Positions 17,555 through 20,765 of a stretch of DNA of 20,765 nt are shown here, piece after piece. This DNA comes from a virus (taxonomy: Duplodnaviria; Heunggongvirae; Uroviricota; Caudoviricetes). The first letter of the stretch is position 1; each line of letters opens with the position of its first letter. The DNA lies in IMG/VR virus record IMGVR_UViG_2703718852_000001; one strand, 5' to 3'. Under the pieces are notes generated by a model. The model was not told the DNA's origin. It searched no databases and worked only from the letters and a program-made list of their open reading frames with translations. The translations under genes were made by a program, and so were the position numbers.

Positions 17555-18145
17555 TTATATGTCAGGTGTCTGAAGTTTTGCTTTGGCTCTTAAAATGGTT
17601 TGCCGCGAGGTTTTGAATTCCCGGGCAATGGCACTTATACTTACACCTGACTTAATTCGTTCGAATACCGCCTGTTTCTGTTCTTCATTTAACACAGGTG
17701 GTCGACCAAAACGTTTCCCTGCGCCGCGGGCTCTTACTATCCCGGAATGAGTGCGTTCAAGTAAAAGGTCTCGTTCAAATTCAGCGACTGCTGAAATTAC
17801 TTGCATCATCATTTTTCCTGTTGGACTGGTCAGGTCAATGCCCCCCAATGCTAAGCAATGCACTCTGATACCTGTTTCGGTCAGTTGTTCCACTGTTTTC
17901 CTGATATCCATTGCATTACAACCAAGGCGATCCAGTTTTGTCACAATCAATTGATCACCACATTTCAGGCGAGCAAGCAACCGGTTAAAACCAGGACGCT
18001 CACTGGTTGCTGCTGAGCCGCTAATGTGTTCTTCGATTATTTGCTGAGGTTTGATTTTAAAACCTGCACTTTCGATTTCCCGGCGTTGATTTTCGGTGGT
18101 CTGATCCAGCGTTGATATCCGACAGTAAGCAAAAATTTGAGACAT
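17555..18145 (-). CDS. pinQ: Serine recombinase, Pin/Gin/Hin-family DNA invertase, 196 aa
   Basis: Track ORF 17555..18145 minus. N-terminal catalytic region (..[16 protein letters not shown].., active-site Ser context) and C-terminal HTH, typical of the Hin/Gin/Pin invertases. Confidence 0.9.
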   Translation of the reverse strand: MSQIFAYCRISTLDQTTENQRREIESAGFKIKPQQIIEEHISGSAATSERPGFNRLLARLKCGDQLIVTKLDRLGCNAMDIRKTVEQLTETGIRVHCLALGGIDLTSPTGKMMMQVISAVAEFERDLLLERTHSGIVRARGAGKRFGRPPVLNEEQKQAVFERIKSGVSISAIAREFKTSRQTILRAKAKLQTPDI

Positions 18146-18461
18146 AGTGAGACTCTATACGAAATTGGTGTTCATATCATAATGCATCTCAGAAAATAAT
18201 TATGATTATTTTTGTGCATATTTGTATGTACACGTTCGAAAATAAACGAATGCGTATGCAACCCCGTAATTTTGGTGAGACCCAAAATCGATTTTGTGAA
18301 AAATGGCTTTAACTCGGTTTGTTTTTCGAGTTCCGGGCGGACTCAAGGAAGAAGAATAGTGTTGCGTGTTATTTTAACCAGATTTCAAGTTGTTTGGTCG
18401 TGGAAAAGTGGAGCAAAATGTTGTTAAAGTGGAAAAATGATAAAAAAGTAAGTTTATTATA

Positions 18462-18695
18462 TTACATTTTACCATTTAAATTTTGGTTGTCTTTAAGAAC
18501 TGATATCGCTGTTTGTAATAATTCTTTGTTATCCAGCCATGATTTTTTCTTTATGTTTCCTTCAATGTAATCAAGCAATGTTCTGGTATTGATAGGTCTT
18601 CCCTGTTTTGCTACTTCCACTACAGCATCCCCTAGGATAATTCTTACTTCAGGAAGCTGCGCAGGGAACCACTTTAGGGTGTCTTTTGATTTCAT
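18462..18695 (-). CDS. ydfK: YdfK, small cold-shock-associated prophage protein, 77 aa
   Basis: Internal ATG (18695) of track ORF 18462..18728, preceded by AAGGAA SD; translation MKSKDTLKWFPAQLPEVRIILGDAVVEVAKQGRPINTRTLLDYIEGNIKKKSWLDNKELLQTAISVLKDNQNLNGKM. Confidence 0.75.
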   Translation of the reverse strand: MKSKDTLKWFPAQLPEVRIILGDAVVEVAKQGRPINTRTLLDYIEGNIKKKSWLDNKELLQTAISVLKDNQNLNGKM

Positions 18696-19481
18696 GAAGA
18701 TATTCCTTAAAATATTATTGATTTTCATTGCGATATTGTATGTCTGATTCAGGATATGTTGACTTATACATCGGTTTTGTCTGGGTTATTGGATATGCCA
18801 ATCCCTAATTTTATTAGGGCATGACTAAAAATGCTGAATATGATAAGGAGAGATGTGATTATCAGTATGCTGTTCATATAGCCTCGAATTAGTAATGTGT
18901 TATATATGATATAGTTGACAATTTTTATCTTGGGTGTTCTTAAAGTTCGTAGATAAACATTGTCGTTTCAGGTATACAGGAATGCTAACAGGTGGCAGCA
19001 AAAATCAGGCGGTTTATGGCGCAAGCTGAAGCGGCAACTGCAAACTATCTTATGCAGAGACTCTACACGGATTGGGTTTAAAAGTATACATAGATAACAG
19101 TTTTTATCTGAAAAAGAAAAATATCAAGGTGATATAGCCTATATGCCTTTGATGCGGAGGAATGAATGTGATGGGAGTGATGTATCTGAATAGTTGAAAA
19201 ACCGCAGACACGCCTTATGCAAGAACGTGCTGCGATTGGCTGGTAAATTTTTCGATAGTGTGAGTATTGAATGATTTCCAGCCGTTCTTGATTTTACGCA
19301 TAAATCCATGAAAAAACTACTTATCTGTTGGGGAGTTTTTTTGGGGCATATATGGGACAGAAATAGGCCCCAGATAGACACTGAGATCGAACTTAGGATG
19401 CTTTTTAAAAAAATGCAACTATCTGAAAAAACCTAGAAAACGCCAAGGAAACCACAGGATGGGAAAAAACACCTGTGAATT

Positions 19482-20765
19482 ATGGATTTCCAGTTATATT
19501 CGCTCGGCGCAGCGTTAGTGTTTCATGAAATATTTTTTCCTGAATCATCAACGGCAATGGCGTTAATTCTGGCAATGGGAACCTACGGTGCAGGTTATGT
19601 GGCGCGTATTGTCGGAGCATTTATTTTCGGCAAAATGGGCGACAGAATAGGGCGTAAAAAAGTGCTCTTTATTACCATCACCATGATGGGGATCTGTACC
19701 ACCTTAATTGGTGTGTTACCGACCTATGCACAGATTGGTGTTTTTGCACCCATCTTGCTGGTGACGTTGCGTATTATTCAGGGGTTGGGTGCAGGTGCGG
19801 AAATTTCCGGTGCCGGTACGATGCTGGCGGAATATGCGCCAAAAGGTAAGCGCGGAATTATCTCCTCATTTGTGGCTATGGGAACTAACTGCGGAACCTT
19901 GAGCGCAACGGCAATCTGGGCCTTTATGTTCTTCATTCTCAGTAAAGAGGAACTGCTGGCGTGGGGATGGCGTATACCGTTCCTGGCGAGTGTTGTCGTG
20001 ATGGTCTTTGCTATCTGGTTGCGTATGAATCTGAAAGAAAGCCCGGTCTTTGAGAAGGTTAACGACAGTAACCAACCGACAGCAAAACCTGCACCTGCTG
20101 GTAGCATGTTCCAGAGCAAATCCTTCTGGCTGGCAACAGGGCTGCGTTTTGGTCAGGCGGGTAACTCCGGGTTAATTCAGACTTTCCTTGCAGGCTATTT
20201 AGTGCAGACGTTATTGTTTAACAAAGCAATTCCAACAGATGCATTGATGATCAGTTCGATTCTCGGCTTTATGACCATTCCGTTCCTTGGTTGGTTATCC
20301 GATAAAATTGGTCGCCGGATCCCGTATATTATTATGAATACCTCCGCGATTGTGCTGGCATGGCCAATGCTTTCTATCATTGTAGATAAAAGCTATGCCC
20401 CGAGCACCATTATGGTTGCACTGATTGTGATTCATAACTGTGCGGTGCTGGGATTATTTGCTCTGGAAAACATTACCATGGCAGAAATGTTCGGCTGTAA
20501 AAACCGCTTTACCCGGATGGCTATTTCTAAAGAAATTGGTGGTCTTATCGCTTCCGGTTTTGGTCCTATCCTGGCGGGTATTTTCTGCACCATGACGGAA
20601 TCCTGGTATCCGATCGCCATTATGATCATGGCATATTCAGTGATTGGTTTAATCTCTGCGCTGAAAATGCCAGAGGTGAAAGACCGTGATTTAAGTGCGC
20701 TGGAAGACGCTGCGGAAGATCAACCGCGTGTTGTAAGAGCTGCGCAACCTTCCAGAAGTCTGTAA
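19482..20765 (+). CDS. ydfJ: MFS transporter (metabolite:H+ symporter type), N-terminally truncated host gene, 427 aa
   Basis: Track ORF 19482..20765, 12-TM-like hydrophobic pattern with MFS motifs (..GKMGDRIGRKK.., ..WGWRIPFL.., ..LSDKIGRR..). Begins within what would be TM1 of homologs such as KgtP/ProP; in-frame TGA three codons upstream (19476-19478). Confidence 0.9.
   Translation: MDFQLYSLGAALVFHEIFFPESSTAMALILAMGTYGAGYVARIVGAFIFGKMGDRIGRKKVLFITITMMGICTTLIGVLPTYAQIGVFAPILLVTLRIIQGLGAGAEISGAGTMLAEYAPKGKRGIISSFVAMGTNCGTLSATAIWAFMFFILSKEELLAWGWRIPFLASVVVMVFAIWLRMNLKESPVFEKVNDSNQPTAKPAPAGSMFQSKSFWLATGLRFGQAGNSGLIQTFLAGYLVQTLLFNKAIPTDALMISSILGFMTIPFLGWLSDKIGRRIPYIIMNTSAIVLAWPMLSIIVDKSYAPSTIMVALIVIHNCAVLGLFALENITMAEMFGCKNRFTRMAISKEIGGLIASGFGPILAGIFCTMTESWYPIAIMIMAYSVIGLISALKMPEVKDRDLSALEDAAEDQPRVVRAAQPSRSL

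Noticed and set aside
18212-18570. Plus-strand ORFs between pin and ydfK (18212-18427, 18319-18570)
   Set aside because: AT-rich intergenic DNA, no SD; the second overlaps ydfK antisense.
19139-19381. 80-aa minus-strand ORF upstream of ydfJ
   Set aside because: No SD, low-complexity translation, lies in the presumed junction/promoter region.

Overview
Nearly the whole window (about 1-19,480) is a defective lambdoid prophage of the E. coli Qin type, in reverse orientation relative to the K-12 map as I remember it. Gene order is canonical: tyrosine integrase and a putative excisionase at the left edge, an IS481-like DDE transposase, flxA with a sigma-28 promoter, the relB-relE-hokD toxin-antitoxin operon, rem, ydfU, the Q antiterminator with candidate pR'/tR', three cold-shock paralogs (cspF, cspB, cspI), a pinholin/SAR-endolysin/spanin lysis cassette (essQ, ydfR, rrrQ, rzpQ/rzoQ), ynfN, gnsB, ydfO, ynfO, an intact lambda-type cos site, a truncated Nu1 (nohA) joined across large deletions to fragments of J and stf, tfaQ, the Pin invertase, ydfK, and finally the N-terminally truncated host MFS transporter gene ydfJ (19,482-20,765). 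I see no rRNA, tRNA or CRISPR array, no repressor/replication (immunity) module and no head or tail-shaft genes. Most of this is well-described biology and I found no clearly novel multi-gene system. The items I could not match to anything I recognise are: a 92-aa ORF translationally coupled to ydfU; two paralogous CxxC...CxxC zinc-ribbon mini-ORFs beside cspB and cspI (one lacking a start codon); mini-ORFs with strong Shine-Dalgarno sites downstream of cspB and cspF; a two-helix membrane mini-protein in an AT-rich island between xis and the IS; and an RHH plus DUF1398 gene pair beside cos. All calls come from reading the sequence and ORF track by eye and from recalled family knowledge; no database search or folding computation was run.
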